This document shows positions 19,695 to 29,048 of a DNA stretch of 64,000 nt, piece after piece. Location of the stretch: positions 104,764 through 168,763 of the forward strand of contig JBEPZX010000001.1 in assembly GCA_041640635.1 (NCBI GenBank). Reading direction: 5' to 3'. The position numbers and the translations under genes were made by a program. The notes under the pieces were generated by a model, which did not search any database, was not told where the DNA came from, and was given only the letters and a program-made list of their open reading frames with translations. The DNA comes from Aquificaceae bacterium. Lineage in GTDB: Bacteria > Aquificota > Aquificia > Aquificales > Aquificaceae. Position 1 is the stretch's first letter. Every line of letters starts with the position of its first letter.

Positions 19695-21560
19695 ATGAGA
19701 CTTGCGTTGCTGAGCGCCATACTAAGCTTGGGTGTAATTGCCATGCCCAGTAGCTATGCAAAAGAGACACAAAAGCAAAAATCCAAAAACCAAGTGGTAA
19801 AGGTTGAATTTACTCCAACACCTGCACCAAAGGATATAGACAAAATAACGAGCGTTTACACAGAATCAAAGATAAGGTTTGTATACTCTAACGGAAAGGT
19901 AAAGGAGTATCCCTTGCAGTATAACGTCCTGTTTAGCGTATTGGATAGGGTAGGTAACAATCCCTTTGCCGCTGGACAAGCTCTCAACTACAAGATGGAA
20001 CCCATAAAAGACCCTCACGGAAAGGATGTAATATTTGAAACGCCTGATGCCAATAGCCTTCTTAAGGTAGGAAACAAAATCTTTTTGGTCACCCACTACG
20101 AGTACGATTGGTTGCTTTCCAATGGAGAGGAAGGCAAGAAATCAAAGGGTTGGTACACAAGAGTTCCATCTCCACTTACCCTAACTGAACTGAAACAAGA
20201 CAGAAAAACCGGAAAGCTTTTTGCGGTTAATCAGAAACATATAGACACTTCAAAAGCAAAGGGAGTTTGGATAACGTGCTTTGGTTCTCAAACTCCATGG
20301 AACACTCACTTGGGCGGAGAGGAAGACTATGATCTTTTACACAATCCTCTCTCTCCTAATTATGAAAAGAAAACCATCGCAGGCTTAAAAGCTATAACCG
20401 ATCTGTACTTCAAAGGTGAGAAGCAAGCGAATCCATATCACTACGGAAGAATTTTTGAGGTTTTTGTAAAGAAGGATGGCTCTTACACTATAAAAAAGCA
20501 CTACGCTATGGGAAGGGGAACCTTTGAACATGCAATAGTTATGCCAGATGGGAAAACAGCTTATTTTGGTGATGATGGAACTTACACCATGCTCTTGATG
20601 TTTGTGGCAGACAAATCTGGAAATTTGTCCTCTGGAACTTTGTATGCTGCCAAGTGGATACAAGAATCGGCAGAGAATGGTGGAAGGGCAAGACTTGAGT
20701 GGATTAAGCTTGGGCATGCAAACAACGATGAGGTACTAAGGCTTATAGAATCTGGAATAAGCTTTGATGACATATGGGATAACGCTCCTTTTGATAAGAA
20801 CACAAAGTCCTGTCCAGTCGGCTACAAGCACATTAGAGCGGGATCAAGCTTCGATGAGTGTTTAAAACTAAAACCAGGTATGGAAAAAGCGGCGGCTTTC
20901 TTGGAAACAAGGCGATACGCAGCTTACTTAGGAGCAACCACAGAATTTGAAAAAATGGAAGGTATAAGCTTTAACGCAAAGGATAAGAAGTTATATATAG
21001 CTATGAGTTACATAGAGAATGGGATGCTGGACCAAAAAGATGAACCAGCAAATCATATAGCTCTGCCAAAGCTCAAAGCTGGCGCTGTGTATACTTTAGA
21101 CTTAGGCAAGGACAAAGTCATAGGTTCTGGTTGGGTAGCAAAAAATATGTATGTTGAGTCTCCTCTCTTGCTTGGTAAGGACTTACCGAATCCTGACGAA
21201 AAGGGGAATACTGCAGATGAAGATCATATCGCAAATCCTGATAATCTCTTTTTCTCGGAGAGATTGCGCACCTTGTTTATTGGAGAGGACTCATCAAAGG
21301 GTCACGTAAATAACTACTTATGGGCTTACAATGTGGATACAAAGGAGTTGGTGCGTATCTTATCTCTTCCAGCAGGAGCAGAAGCTACAGGGTTACAGGT
21401 TGTGGAAGATCTAAATGGTTACACCTATATATTAGCCAACAGCCAACACTGGGGAGACATACCGCAAACGGTACCAGATAGGCTCAAAGAAGACATATTG
21501 AAATCAATAAACAGGTTTTACGCACCAATTGGTTACATAGGACCAATACCTAAGTTTTGA
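19695..21560 (+). CDS. phoX: PhoX-family secreted alkaline phosphatase (DUF839)
   Basis: Sec-type signal peptide; CFGSQTPWNTHLGGEE, AMGR..FE, FEKMEG, ANPDNL, IGED, GAEATG, NSQH. Confidence 0.85.
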   Translation: MRLALLSAILSLGVIAMPSSYAKETQKQKSKNQVVKVEFTPTPAPKDIDKITSVYTESKIRFVYSNGKVKEYPLQYNVLFSVLDRVGNNPFAAGQALNYKMEPIKDPHGKDVIFETPDANSLLKVGNKIFLVTHYEYDWLLSNGEEGKKSKGWYTRVPSPLTLTELKQDRKTGKLFAVNQKHIDTSKAKGVWITCFGSQTPWNTHLGGEEDYDLLHNPLSPNYEKKTIAGLKAITDLYFKGEKQANPYHYGRIFEVFVKKDGSYTIKKHYAMGRGTFEHAIVMPDGKTAYFGDDGTYTMLLMFVADKSGNLSSGTLYAAKWIQESAENGGRARLEWIKLGHANNDEVLRLIESGISFDDIWDNAPFDKNTKSCPVGYKHIRAGSSFDECLKLKPGMEKAAAFLETRRYAAYLGATTEFEKMEGISFNAKDKKLYIAMSYIENGMLDQKDEPANHIALPKLKAGAVYTLDLGKDKVIGSGWVAKNMYVESPLLLGKDLPNPDEKGNTADEDHIANPDNLFFSERLRTLFIGEDSSKGHVNNYLWAYNVDTKELVRILSLPAGAEATGLQVVEDLNGYTYILANSQHWGDIPQTVPDRLKEDILKSINRFYAPIGYIGPIPKF

Positions 21561-21585
21561 GGGTTAAATGTTAGTAGGTGCGAAT

Positions 21586-22434
21586 ATGAGAGGTTTATGG
21601 AACGATAGGTTCCTTCTGGGGATTGAGGAAATTGATAAACAGCATAAAACACTTGCAGAAATTTTAGAAAAGTTTGGTCAAATTGTGGCGGATGGTAATC
21701 ACCAAGCAGCTAAGGACTTTCTTTTAACCAAGATAAAGGAATACATAGAATTTCATTTTTCCTACGAAGAGGCATTCCAGGAATCCATAGGTTATCCTGA
21801 ACTGGAACAACACAGAAAGACCCATCAGGTATTTGTAAAAGAGTATGAAAAGGTTTTAGAACTTTTGGATAAGGAAGATAAAAGTGCAATTGATGAGCTA
21901 AATAACTTTCTAATAGGTTGGTTGTTTACACATATAGATAAGACAGATAGAAAGTATGCAGAATTTTATTTTGAGAAAAATAAAAGTAAAGAACAAAAGT
22001 TTTATAAGGTAGATGTTGCGAAAAGTTTATGGAATGATAGGTTTCTCCTAGGAATCGAAGAAATAGAAATTGATAACCAACACGAAGGTTTTGCACGAAT
22101 GTTAGAGGAGTTTTTGCATATGGTAGCACAAGAAAATTACGAAAAAACTAAGGAACACCTATTAACCAAAGTTAAGGAATATATAGACCTTCATTTTCCC
22201 TATGAAGAGGCTTTTATGGAATCCATCGGCTATCCTGAGCTAGAGCAACATAAGAAGGCACATAAACTGTTTATAAACGAATATAACAAAGTTTTGCAAC
22301 TCTTAAAGGAAGAAGATTCAAAAGAAAGAATAAGAGAATTAAGCAGTTTCTTAATTGGTTGGCTTTTTACACACATTGATAAAACAGATAAAAAATTCGC
22401 AAAGTTTTATCACGAAAAGAATAAAGCGCCATAA
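21586..22434 (+). CDS. Tandem two-domain bacteriohemerythrin
   Basis: Two copies of W...GI..ID.QH / HF.YEE / H...H / WLFTHI..TD; start is 21586 (AGGT RBS) or 21568. Confidence 0.9.
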   Translation: MRGLWNDRFLLGIEEIDKQHKTLAEILEKFGQIVADGNHQAAKDFLLTKIKEYIEFHFSYEEAFQESIGYPELEQHRKTHQVFVKEYEKVLELLDKEDKSAIDELNNFLIGWLFTHIDKTDRKYAEFYFEKNKSKEQKFYKVDVAKSLWNDRFLLGIEEIEIDNQHEGFARMLEEFLHMVAQENYEKTKEHLLTKVKEYIDLHFPYEEAFMESIGYPELEQHKKAHKLFINEYNKVLQLLKEEDSKERIRELSSFLIGWLFTHIDKTDKKFAKFYHEKNKAP

Positions 22435-22441
22435 AACATCC

Positions 22442-22786
22442 TTATTCCCAATACTCAGCTCCACCATGCTGAGTTTCCCATACCACTACTTTTCTTAAGG
22501 TGGGGTATTTGGATTTTAGTTGTTTATACAACCACTGGGCTACGTTTTCTGCGCTTGGAGAGAAATCGAAAACCTCGTTTAGACAAGTGTAATCTGGTAG
22601 AAGCTCGCTCAGGTGTTTGTCTATTTCTATAAAATCGTAACCCATTCCTCCTTTGTCCACTTGGTCTGCCTCTATAAAGACTTCCACCGTCCAAGTGTGA
22701 CCATGCAAAGGTTCGGGCTTTCCGTGGTAATCGGTAAGAAAATGAGCAGCGTTGAACTGTTTTTTTACTCTCACCATCCAGGGCAT
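22442..22786 (-). CDS. queD: 6-carboxytetrahydropterin synthase
   Basis: FNAAHFL, LHGHTW, PSAENVA, WET; GGAGGA RBS before ATG 22786. Confidence 0.88.
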   Translation of the reverse strand: MPWMVRVKKQFNAAHFLTDYHGKPEPLHGHTWTVEVFIEADQVDKGGMGYDFIEIDKHLSELLPDYTCLNEVFDFSPSAENVAQWLYKQLKSKYPTLRKVVVWETQHGGAEYWE

Positions 22787-22787
22787 A

Positions 22788-23021
22788 TCAGTCCTCCAAA
22801 CTTTCACCTCTTAAAAGCCTTTGTGCGTAATTTACACATGCCAAAACAGTGAACATAAGAGCGTGATTTTCCATTTTATCGAAAGTCTCTTTGACTATAA
22901 GACTACCATCTTCCTTCTCCACAAGTTTTATGTATTCCAAAGCTTTAGCACCCAAGTATTTATTTTGAATCTTTTCCAAAATTTTTTCCTTCATCCATTG
23001 AGGAAGTTCCATCTCCTTCAT
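22788..23021 (-). CDS. Hypothetical protein (77 aa)
   Basis: Strong purine-rich RBS region; stop abuts the queD start; plausible composition. Confidence 0.65.
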   Translation of the reverse strand: MKEMELPQWMKEKILEKIQNKYLGAKALEYIKLVEKEDGSLIVKETFDKMENHALMFTVLACVNYAQRLLRGESLED

Positions 23022-24045
23022 CTTCTACCTCCGCAGTAGTTATAAAAAGAGGTTTCATGCCAAAATAAAACCTTCCTATTTTAAAGGTATACAAATAACC
23101 ATAAATTACAAAGTGCGGTGAGCCATTAATTTTTAAATTAAGCATAGAGCCTTCATAAATCCTTTCTTCATCCCTGTTTTTTAGAAAGATTAAGGAATTT
23201 TTGTAAGGGGAAATAACTATTAAGTTCCTTTTTTGACTATAAACTATGGAAGGTTTTTTATCAAAAGAAACTACTATTTGTTCTTTTTTCAGTGCCTCTA
23301 TAAACTCTCGTTTACTATTTATGCTGCTTTCCGAAATTAGAAAGTTTCTCATCATCTGAAAAGAATGCCTATAATGGGGAAACAAAAACCTTATACCCAC
23401 TTCTCTTATGTAAATCTTTACATGATGGTCCAGACCGCCAAATACTTTGTTATTCCAGCCAGAGTTTATATATCTATTAGCAAAAAGCTTCAAATCTAAA
23501 ACTCTTTTTAACAAAGAAAGCGCCCTTTGGGAAGAGAAGATGTATAGAAAAACCACTGCTGGTAAATACAAAAACAACAAGCCCTTTTTTAGCAAAAGAT
23601 CATCCTTTAGATCTACAATCTCTACCAGCAAATCCTTCGATTTCTCCAGTTTCCAAGCGTATTTCTTCTTGAAGGGATGAGCTACCATACGAATACCATC
23701 AACAGTAAGAGCATCGCCTAAGATTTTACCCTCTTTGTCCGTTATTTTCTTTTCAATGCCTGCTACTATTTTTTCGTTGCTAAAGTACTTTATGTGATCA
23801 TTATCGTGATCAGTAACTATAATGTAATCTATTTCTAAGTCTTGTGCAGCTTTATGTACATCTTCAGGCTTTCCAAGGGAATCGTACGAAAACTGAGTGT
23901 GCACGTGCGCTTGAAAGGAGTATATAAATACATCAGGTGGAACTACAGTTTCCTTTTGGGGTTGAACTTTTGGTAAATAAAAAATAGGTCTCGCAATTAT
24001 GTATACCACATACAAAATAAAAATTCCAAGAATAAGCCACAGCAT
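22960..24045 (-). CDS. Membrane-anchored PHP-domain phosphoesterase
   Basis: N-terminal TM; HVHTQFSYDS, TDHD, AHP, GLDHH metal motifs. Confidence 0.75.
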   Translation of the reverse strand: MLWLILGIFILYVVYIIARPIFYLPKVQPQKETVVPPDVFIYSFQAHVHTQFSYDSLGKPEDVHKAAQDLEIDYIIVTDHDNDHIKYFSNEKIVAGIEKKITDKEGKILGDALTVDGIRMVAHPFKKKYAWKLEKSKDLLVEIVDLKDDLLLKKGLLFLYLPAVVFLYIFSSQRALSLLKRVLDLKLFANRYINSGWNNKVFGGLDHHVKIYIREVGIRFLFPHYRHSFQMMRNFLISESSINSKREFIEALKKEQIVVSFDKKPSIVYSQKRNLIVISPYKNSLIFLKNRDEERIYEGSMLNLKINGSPHFVIYGYLYTFKIGRFYFGMKPLFITTAEVEDEGDGTSSMDEGKNFGKDSK

Positions 24046-24048
24046 TAA

Positions 24049-25236
24049 TTAGTAAGTTAAACTCATTTTTTCTCTTACTTCTTCCAATGTAGCTTTAGCT
24101 ATTTCTTGTGCTTTCTTGGAACCTTCGTAAAAAACATCCCAAATCTGAGCTACGTTATCTTTTACCTTATTTCTCTTGTTTCTTATAGGTTCTAGAAAAT
24201 TCTCAAGGTTTGAAAGCATTATTTTTTTACACTCTACACATCCAAGCTTGCCACCTTTGCAATCCTCTTCTATTTGGCTTACAACTTCCTCGGATGTAAA
24301 TATCTTATGGTAAAAAAATACAGGGCATATTTGGGGTCTTCCTGGATCTCCTTTACGTAGTTTTTGTGGGTCCGTAAAAAACTTTATTACTTTTTGCTGA
24401 ACTTCTTCTTTTGAATCTGCAAAGTATATGGCGTTATTGTAAGATTTACTCATCTTTCTGCCATCTATACCTGGAAGTTTTGGTGTTTCTGTCAAGATAG
24501 CGGATGGTTCAGGGAAGGTTTCTCCGTACAAACTATTAAAACGTCTGGCGATTTCTCTCGTTAATTCTACGTGTGGTAACTGATCCTCTCCTACCGGTAC
24601 ACCTTGAGCCTTATAAATTAGTATGTCTACGGCTTGCAAAACAGGATAACCCAAAAAACCGTAGGTGTCCGTATCGTAAAAATCCTTCTTTGAAACGTTT
24701 AGTTCCTTTAGTAGGTCCTTTTCTATATGACCTTCAAAAGTTGAACGTATAAGGGAATCGCTTATGTCCTCCAAAAGACTTTCTTCCAGAGCTTCTACAT
24801 CTTCTATCTTATAAGGTAACCTACCTATAAACTCTTTAAGTACGTCCCTAATACCTGCTCTAAACATAAGGTTAATATCAACTAGCTTAAGGAGGTTATA
24901 CTTTAGGTCTTTGTAAGTAGGGTTCCACTCTAGCCAGCTCTTTGGTGTAATCATACTAAATAGCAAGAAAAGCTCTGCATGCTCTTTAACTTTGGATTGT
25001 AGAAAAAGAACACTCTTTTGAGGATCTAACCCTAAGGTAATCCAGTCTATCATCAGCTCTTGAATGTTTTCCTTGAGATGCTCAGTGTTTTTATAACCTG
25101 TTGTTAATGCATGCCAATCGGCTATAAAGAAAAAAGTTTCATGTTCTTCTTGAAGTGATACCCAATTTTTTATGACTCCAAAGTAGTGCCCCAGGTGCAG
25201 CTTACCAGTGGGGCGCATTCCACTCAATACTCTCAT
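24049..25236 (-). CDS. trpS: Tryptophan--tRNA ligase
   Basis: SGMRPTGKLHLGH, YPVLQAVDIL, PVGEDQ, KMSKS. Confidence 0.97.
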   Translation of the reverse strand: MRVLSGMRPTGKLHLGHYFGVIKNWVSLQEEHETFFFIADWHALTTGYKNTEHLKENIQELMIDWITLGLDPQKSVLFLQSKVKEHAELFLLFSMITPKSWLEWNPTYKDLKYNLLKLVDINLMFRAGIRDVLKEFIGRLPYKIEDVEALEESLLEDISDSLIRSTFEGHIEKDLLKELNVSKKDFYDTDTYGFLGYPVLQAVDILIYKAQGVPVGEDQLPHVELTREIARRFNSLYGETFPEPSAILTETPKLPGIDGRKMSKSYNNAIYFADSKEEVQQKVIKFFTDPQKLRKGDPGRPQICPVFFYHKIFTSEEVVSQIEEDCKGGKLGCVECKKIMLSNLENFLEPIRNKRNKVKDNVAQIWDVFYEGSKKAQEIAKATLEEVREKMSLTY

Positions 25237-25655
25237 ACCATCTCTAAGTTAGAAAAGATAAATGAAATTTCATACTTGGCAGATTCTAAGGAATCGGAAG
25301 CGTGAATTGCGTTTTTCCCTTTATCTGTACCATATAAAGCTCTGATAGAATTTGGTGCTACTTTTCTTGCTTCTTCGCTATCAGTTGGACCAATGATTTC
25401 TCTAACTCTTGCTATGGCATTTTCACCTTCCAATACACAGGCTACAATGGGACCAGAGGTCATAAACTCTACAAGCTCTTGGTAAAAAGGTCTTTCTTTG
25501 TGGACTATGTAAAAGTTTCCTGCTTGTTCTTTTGTGAACTTTAAAAGCTTCATAGCTCTTATCTTAAAACCTTCCTGAATAAACCTATCAATGATTTTCC
25601 CAGTAGCGCCCTTTTCAAAAGCATCAGGCTTAACAATTATCAAAGTCCTTTCCAT
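25233..25655 (-). CDS. ndk: Nucleoside diphosphate kinase
   Basis: ERTLIIVKPDA, HKERPF, NAIHASDS. Confidence 0.97.
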   Translation of the reverse strand: MERTLIIVKPDAFEKGATGKIIDRFIQEGFKIRAMKLLKFTKEQAGNFYIVHKERPFYQELVEFMTSGPIVACVLEGENAIARVREIIGPTDSEEARKVAPNSIRALYGTDKGKNAIHASDSLESAKYEISFIFSNLEMV

Positions 25656-25656
25656 C

Positions 25657-26184
25657 TTAACCTCCTAGTCTTTCCATAGATCTCTTTATTGAAGCGTCTA
25701 TAACAAAGGATGGTGTTTTCACTATAAATCCACCTATTATGCTTGGGTCTTCTTGAACCTCAAGGCTTATGTCTCTACCGAGCATTTTAGATACTTTCTC
25801 TCTTATCCTTTCCACTAGCTCTTTATCTACCGGTGTAGCCAAAACCAAGAATCCTTTGGAAAGCTTGAGAACTTTTTCCATTTCGTACTGAAAAGCTCGC
25901 CTAATCTCATTTATGAGAGGTATGAGATTAAGTTCAACAAGTTGTTTAAGTATGTCTACAGCTTCTTTAGGTAAATTGAAACGTTCAGCCAAAGCTTTAA
26001 TATAACTTACCTTTAAATCGTTGCTTACCAAAGGATTGAGAATGAAGTCCTTTACTTCCTTTTCCTTTTTATAAAGTTGTGAAAAGAAGGTAAGAAAATC
26101 TAAAGCGTTTTCTAAGGTTTCCTTATCCTTTGGCAGCTTGTTTATCAATAACTTTGCAGCTCTTATAGCGTTTTCCTTTTTCAT
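25657..26184 (-). CDS. atpH: F1 ATP synthase delta subunit
   Basis: NPLVS, DPSIIGGFIV...IDASI; follows the b subunits. Confidence 0.88.
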   Translation of the reverse strand: MKKENAIRAAKLLINKLPKDKETLENALDFLTFFSQLYKKEKEVKDFILNPLVSNDLKVSYIKALAERFNLPKEAVDILKQLVELNLIPLINEIRRAFQYEMEKVLKLSKGFLVLATPVDKELVERIREKVSKMLGRDISLEVQEDPSIIGGFIVKTPSFVIDASIKRSMERLGG

Positions 26185-26675
26185 TGCTTTTCCTCCAATA
26201 CCTTCAAGGACTTCTCAATGTAAGACTTTTGAATTTCCGTATTTTGGAAGCTTTTCTGAAGTTCTTGAACAGCTAACTCCTTTGCCCTTGCTAATGCGTA
26301 CTGGTAAAGTTCTTGTTTGGCTTTCTTGGTTTCTATCTCTATAGCTTCTTTGGCTTTTGCGCGAACCCTTTGAGCTATTTCTTCTAGTCTTTTTTTCTCT
26401 TCTTCTTCGTTGACTTTTACCATATTCTTAACCATCTTTAATTGCTCAGCATACCTTCTTTTTGCATCTTCGTATGCAGCTTTCGATTTTTCGTAATGTT
26501 CACGGGCTTTCTTCAGCTCCTCTTCGGATGTATCTAACTTTTGAGTTAAACTCTGAAAAAAGTTATTGAATGCTTGGGATATGGGCTTTCTTCCAAACCA
26601 GTAAACAATTAGCAAAAATAAGAGTATATTGAATCCTTTCCAAACTAACTCTAAAGTATGATGCCCTTCACTCAT
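26181..26675 (-). CDS. atpF: Fo ATP synthase subunit b
   Basis: WKGFNILLF...KPI TM followed by a charged coiled coil. Confidence 0.88.
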   Translation of the reverse strand: MSEGHHTLELVWKGFNILLFLLIVYWFGRKPISQAFNNFFQSLTQKLDTSEEELKKAREHYEKSKAAYEDAKRRYAEQLKMVKNMVKVNEEEEKKRLEEIAQRVRAKAKEAIEIETKKAKQELYQYALARAKELAVQELQKSFQNTEIQKSYIEKSLKVLEEKQ

Positions 26676-27112
26676 GCTGCTTCCTCCAGAATTCTCTTCA
26701 CTATAAGCTGCGCTATATGTTGTATATGCGTCTCCATCTTTGCTTTTTCTTCTTCGAGAGACTTTCTTATTTCTTGAGTAGCCTTTTCTGTTTCTCTCTG
26801 AGCTTCTTCTTCAGCTTTAGCAAGTATTTCAGCTTTTATTTTCTCTATGTTTTTCCTTGACTCATTCAATATGTCGTTGGATTCCCTTTTTCCCTGTTCT
26901 AGAATCTTGGATGCTTCATTCAAAAGCTTAGATGATTCTTCCTGGAGTTTCTTTATTTCCTCTTCCATTCCCTTTATGGTGCTTTCTCTTTCTTCAATAA
27001 CTTTTCCATAAGGTTTTACCAACACAGAGCTTACTACAGCTACAAATATTAGAAAAAGTATCAACTGGACAAACAGAGTGATATTGGGATACATAGCTTG
27101 CTGTATTTCCAT
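26672..27112 (-). CDS. Fo ATP synthase subunit b'
   Basis: PNITLFVQLILF...KP...IEERE TM followed by a coiled coil. Confidence 0.85.
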   Translation of the reverse strand: MEIQQAMYPNITLFVQLILFLIFVAVVSSVLVKPYGKVIEERESTIKGMEEEIKKLQEESSKLLNEASKILEQGKRESNDILNESRKNIEKIKAEILAKAEEEAQRETEKATQEIRKSLEEEKAKMETHIQHIAQLIVKRILEEAA

Positions 27113-27129
27113 ACCGTACCTCCGAAATC

Positions 27130-27576
27130 TTATTTTATCATACTTTCTATGTCTTTGATCAGGTGTACTCTTCTTTCGTGTCTTCCACCTTCAAATTCCG
27201 TATTTAACCATGCGTCTACTATGGCAATAGCCAGATCTTCACCTATAATTCTATCGCCTAAACAAAGTACATTTGCATCGTTGTGTTTTCTGCTCATACG
27301 AGCCATATACTCATTTAAACAAAGTGCAGCACGTATGCCTTTGAATTTGTTAGCAACTATAGACATTCCTATTCCAGTTCCGCATATCAGTATCCCTTTT
27401 TGTGCTTCTCCTTTTTGCACAGCCAAAGACACCTCTCTTGCAAAATTGGGATAATCTGTAGAATCTTCTGAGTGTGTACCAAAATCGAGAACTTGGTATT
27501 TATTTTCTAAAAGATAGTTTTTTATCTTCTCCTTGAGGTGGTATCCGGCGTGGTCTGAACCTACCGCAATTATCAT
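27130..27576 (-). CDS. rpiB: Ribose 5-phosphate isomerase B
   Basis: GSDHAG, DYP, CGTGIG, HNDANVL, FEGGRH. Confidence 0.96.
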   Translation of the reverse strand: MIIAVGSDHAGYHLKEKIKNYLLENKYQVLDFGTHSEDSTDYPNFAREVSLAVQKGEAQKGILICGTGIGMSIVANKFKGIRAALCLNEYMARMSRKHNDANVLCLGDRIIGEDLAIAIVDAWLNTEFEGGRHERRVHLIKDIESMIK

Positions 27577-27608
27577 TTTGTAAATTCCTCCTTTTGTCTA
27601 ATTATATT

Positions 27609-28136
27609 TCACCTTTGCAATAGATCTTTCATCATGTCAGATACAACTATCCTATCTTTTTCTACTTCCAGTACTATCTCCTTTACAAAGGGAACGTATA
27701 GTTTGTCTTCATCCAAAACTAAAAAAACATAAGGTTGTGATTCGTAAATGCCAGTTACTTTGCCAAGCTTTGTGCCATCTTTTGTGTAAACATCTAAACC
27801 CTCCAATTCAAAGTAGTAATACTCCCCTTTTTTCTTTTTGGGTAGATTTTCTTTTGGCAAAAAAACCCTAGCAGAAGCTACTTTTGAAGCGCTCTCAATA
27901 GAATCTATATCGTGCAGCTTTATGATCAAATCCTTTCCGTGCGATTTTAGTGATTCTATACTAAAAGTTACAAATTCACCTGTCTTCTTTTGCAAAAAGA
28001 TGTTTTTTATTTTTTTCCAATGTCTCTTGTCCAAGTAAGGTTCAAGTCTTATCCATCCACTCAAGCCGTAAGTGCCTTTAAACTTTCCAACAATCACCAT
28101 TTGAGATTGGTCATATTTTGCTTCGCCTTTTTGCAT
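27609..28136 (-). CDS. rimM: Ribosome maturation factor RimM
   Basis: VGK..GTYGLSG, GEYYYFELEGL, LGKV, YVPFV. Confidence 0.9.
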   Translation of the reverse strand: MQKGEAKYDQSQMVIVGKFKGTYGLSGWIRLEPYLDKRHWKKIKNIFLQKKTGEFVTFSIESLKSHGKDLIIKLHDIDSIESASKVASARVFLPKENLPKKKKGEYYYFELEGLDVYTKDGTKLGKVTGIYESQPYVFLVLDEDKLYVPFVKEIVLEVEKDRIVVSDMMKDLLQR

Positions 28137-28174
28137 AGTTTAATTTAAATTAATACATTTTAAGGAGGAAAAAT

Positions 28175-28450
28175 ATGCAAGAACAAGAAAGAATGCCTAC
28201 TTGGGAAGAAGTAGAAGCGGTATTGGATGAGATAAGACCAGCTCTTAGGTTTGATGGTGGAGATGTAGAACTTGTAGATATAAAAGATGATGGCACTGTT
28301 CTTGTTAGAATGGTAGGTGCTTGTTCTGGCTGTGGCATGTCTGTTCTTACTCTAAAAGCGGGAATAGAGAGAGCTTTAAGAAATAAGTTTCCTCAAATAA
28401 GAGAAGTAAAGGATGTCAACATGGACGTCCCTATGAGCTTCGGATTTTAA
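28175..28450 (+). CDS. NifU/Nfu family Fe-S carrier
   Basis: IRPALRFDGGDVEL, GACSGC, TLKAGIE. Confidence 0.92.
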   Translation: MQEQERMPTWEEVEAVLDEIRPALRFDGGDVELVDIKDDGTVLVRMVGACSGCGMSVLTLKAGIERALRNKFPQIREVKDVNMDVPMSFGF

Positions 28451-28878
28451 TGCCCGTGATGCATTTTCATCATACCAGTACCCTTTTTGACGGGTGCTGT
28501 TATCTTCATCTCTCCGGACTTTTCAAACTTTAAGGTTATATCCACGTTTTCACCTTCTTTGAGAGGTTTGTTCAAGTCGATGAGCATGATGTGAAGACCA
28601 CCTGGTTTCAACTCAGCTTTCCCGTTAGCCGGAATATCTATTGCCTTTACCCTTCTCATTTTACCATCTACAGTTTCATGAAGCTCTGTTATTTTGGAAG
28701 CATTGTTGGATGCATCTATTAGTCTGTCTGGTTCATCGCCAGTATTTTCAATAACCATGTAAGCTGCTGACATTTTCGAGGTTGGTGGCACTTCTCTGAC
28801 CCATGCATCTTTAACGGTGATTTTAGGTGCTGCAAAGGCTATACTTGCAAGTAGAATACCAAACAGTGCCTTTCTCAT
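28447..28878 (-). CDS. Periplasmic copper chaperone PCu(A)C
   Basis: DAWVR, SAAYM, ELHET...M, LKPGGLHIML; His/Met-rich tail. Confidence 0.92.
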   Translation of the reverse strand: MRKALFGILLASIAFAAPKITVKDAWVREVPPTSKMSAAYMVIENTGDEPDRLIDASNNASKITELHETVDGKMRRVKAIDIPANGKAELKPGGLHIMLIDLNKPLKEGENVDITLKFEKSGEMKITAPVKKGTGMMKMHHGH

Positions 28879-28974
28879 GGCAACCTCCTAAATAAAGAAT
28901 TTTAATTATTAATGATATTCACGTTAATTTAAAAGACAATAAAAAATAAATTCAGCATGACATCTGTTTTTCTA

Positions 28975-29048
28975 CCGGTCCGGCGGGAGTCGAACCCGCA
29001 ACCTTGGGATCCGTAGTCCCACGCTCTGTCCAGTTGAGCTACGGACCG
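28975..29048 (-). tRNA. tRNA-Arg (anticodon ACG), CCA not encoded
   Basis: CGGTCCG-TA-GCTC-AACTGGACA-GAGC-G-TGGGA-CTACGGA-TCCCA-AGGTT-GCGGG-TTCGACT-CCCGC-CGGACCG-G: complete cloverleaf with A20. Confidence 0.97.
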
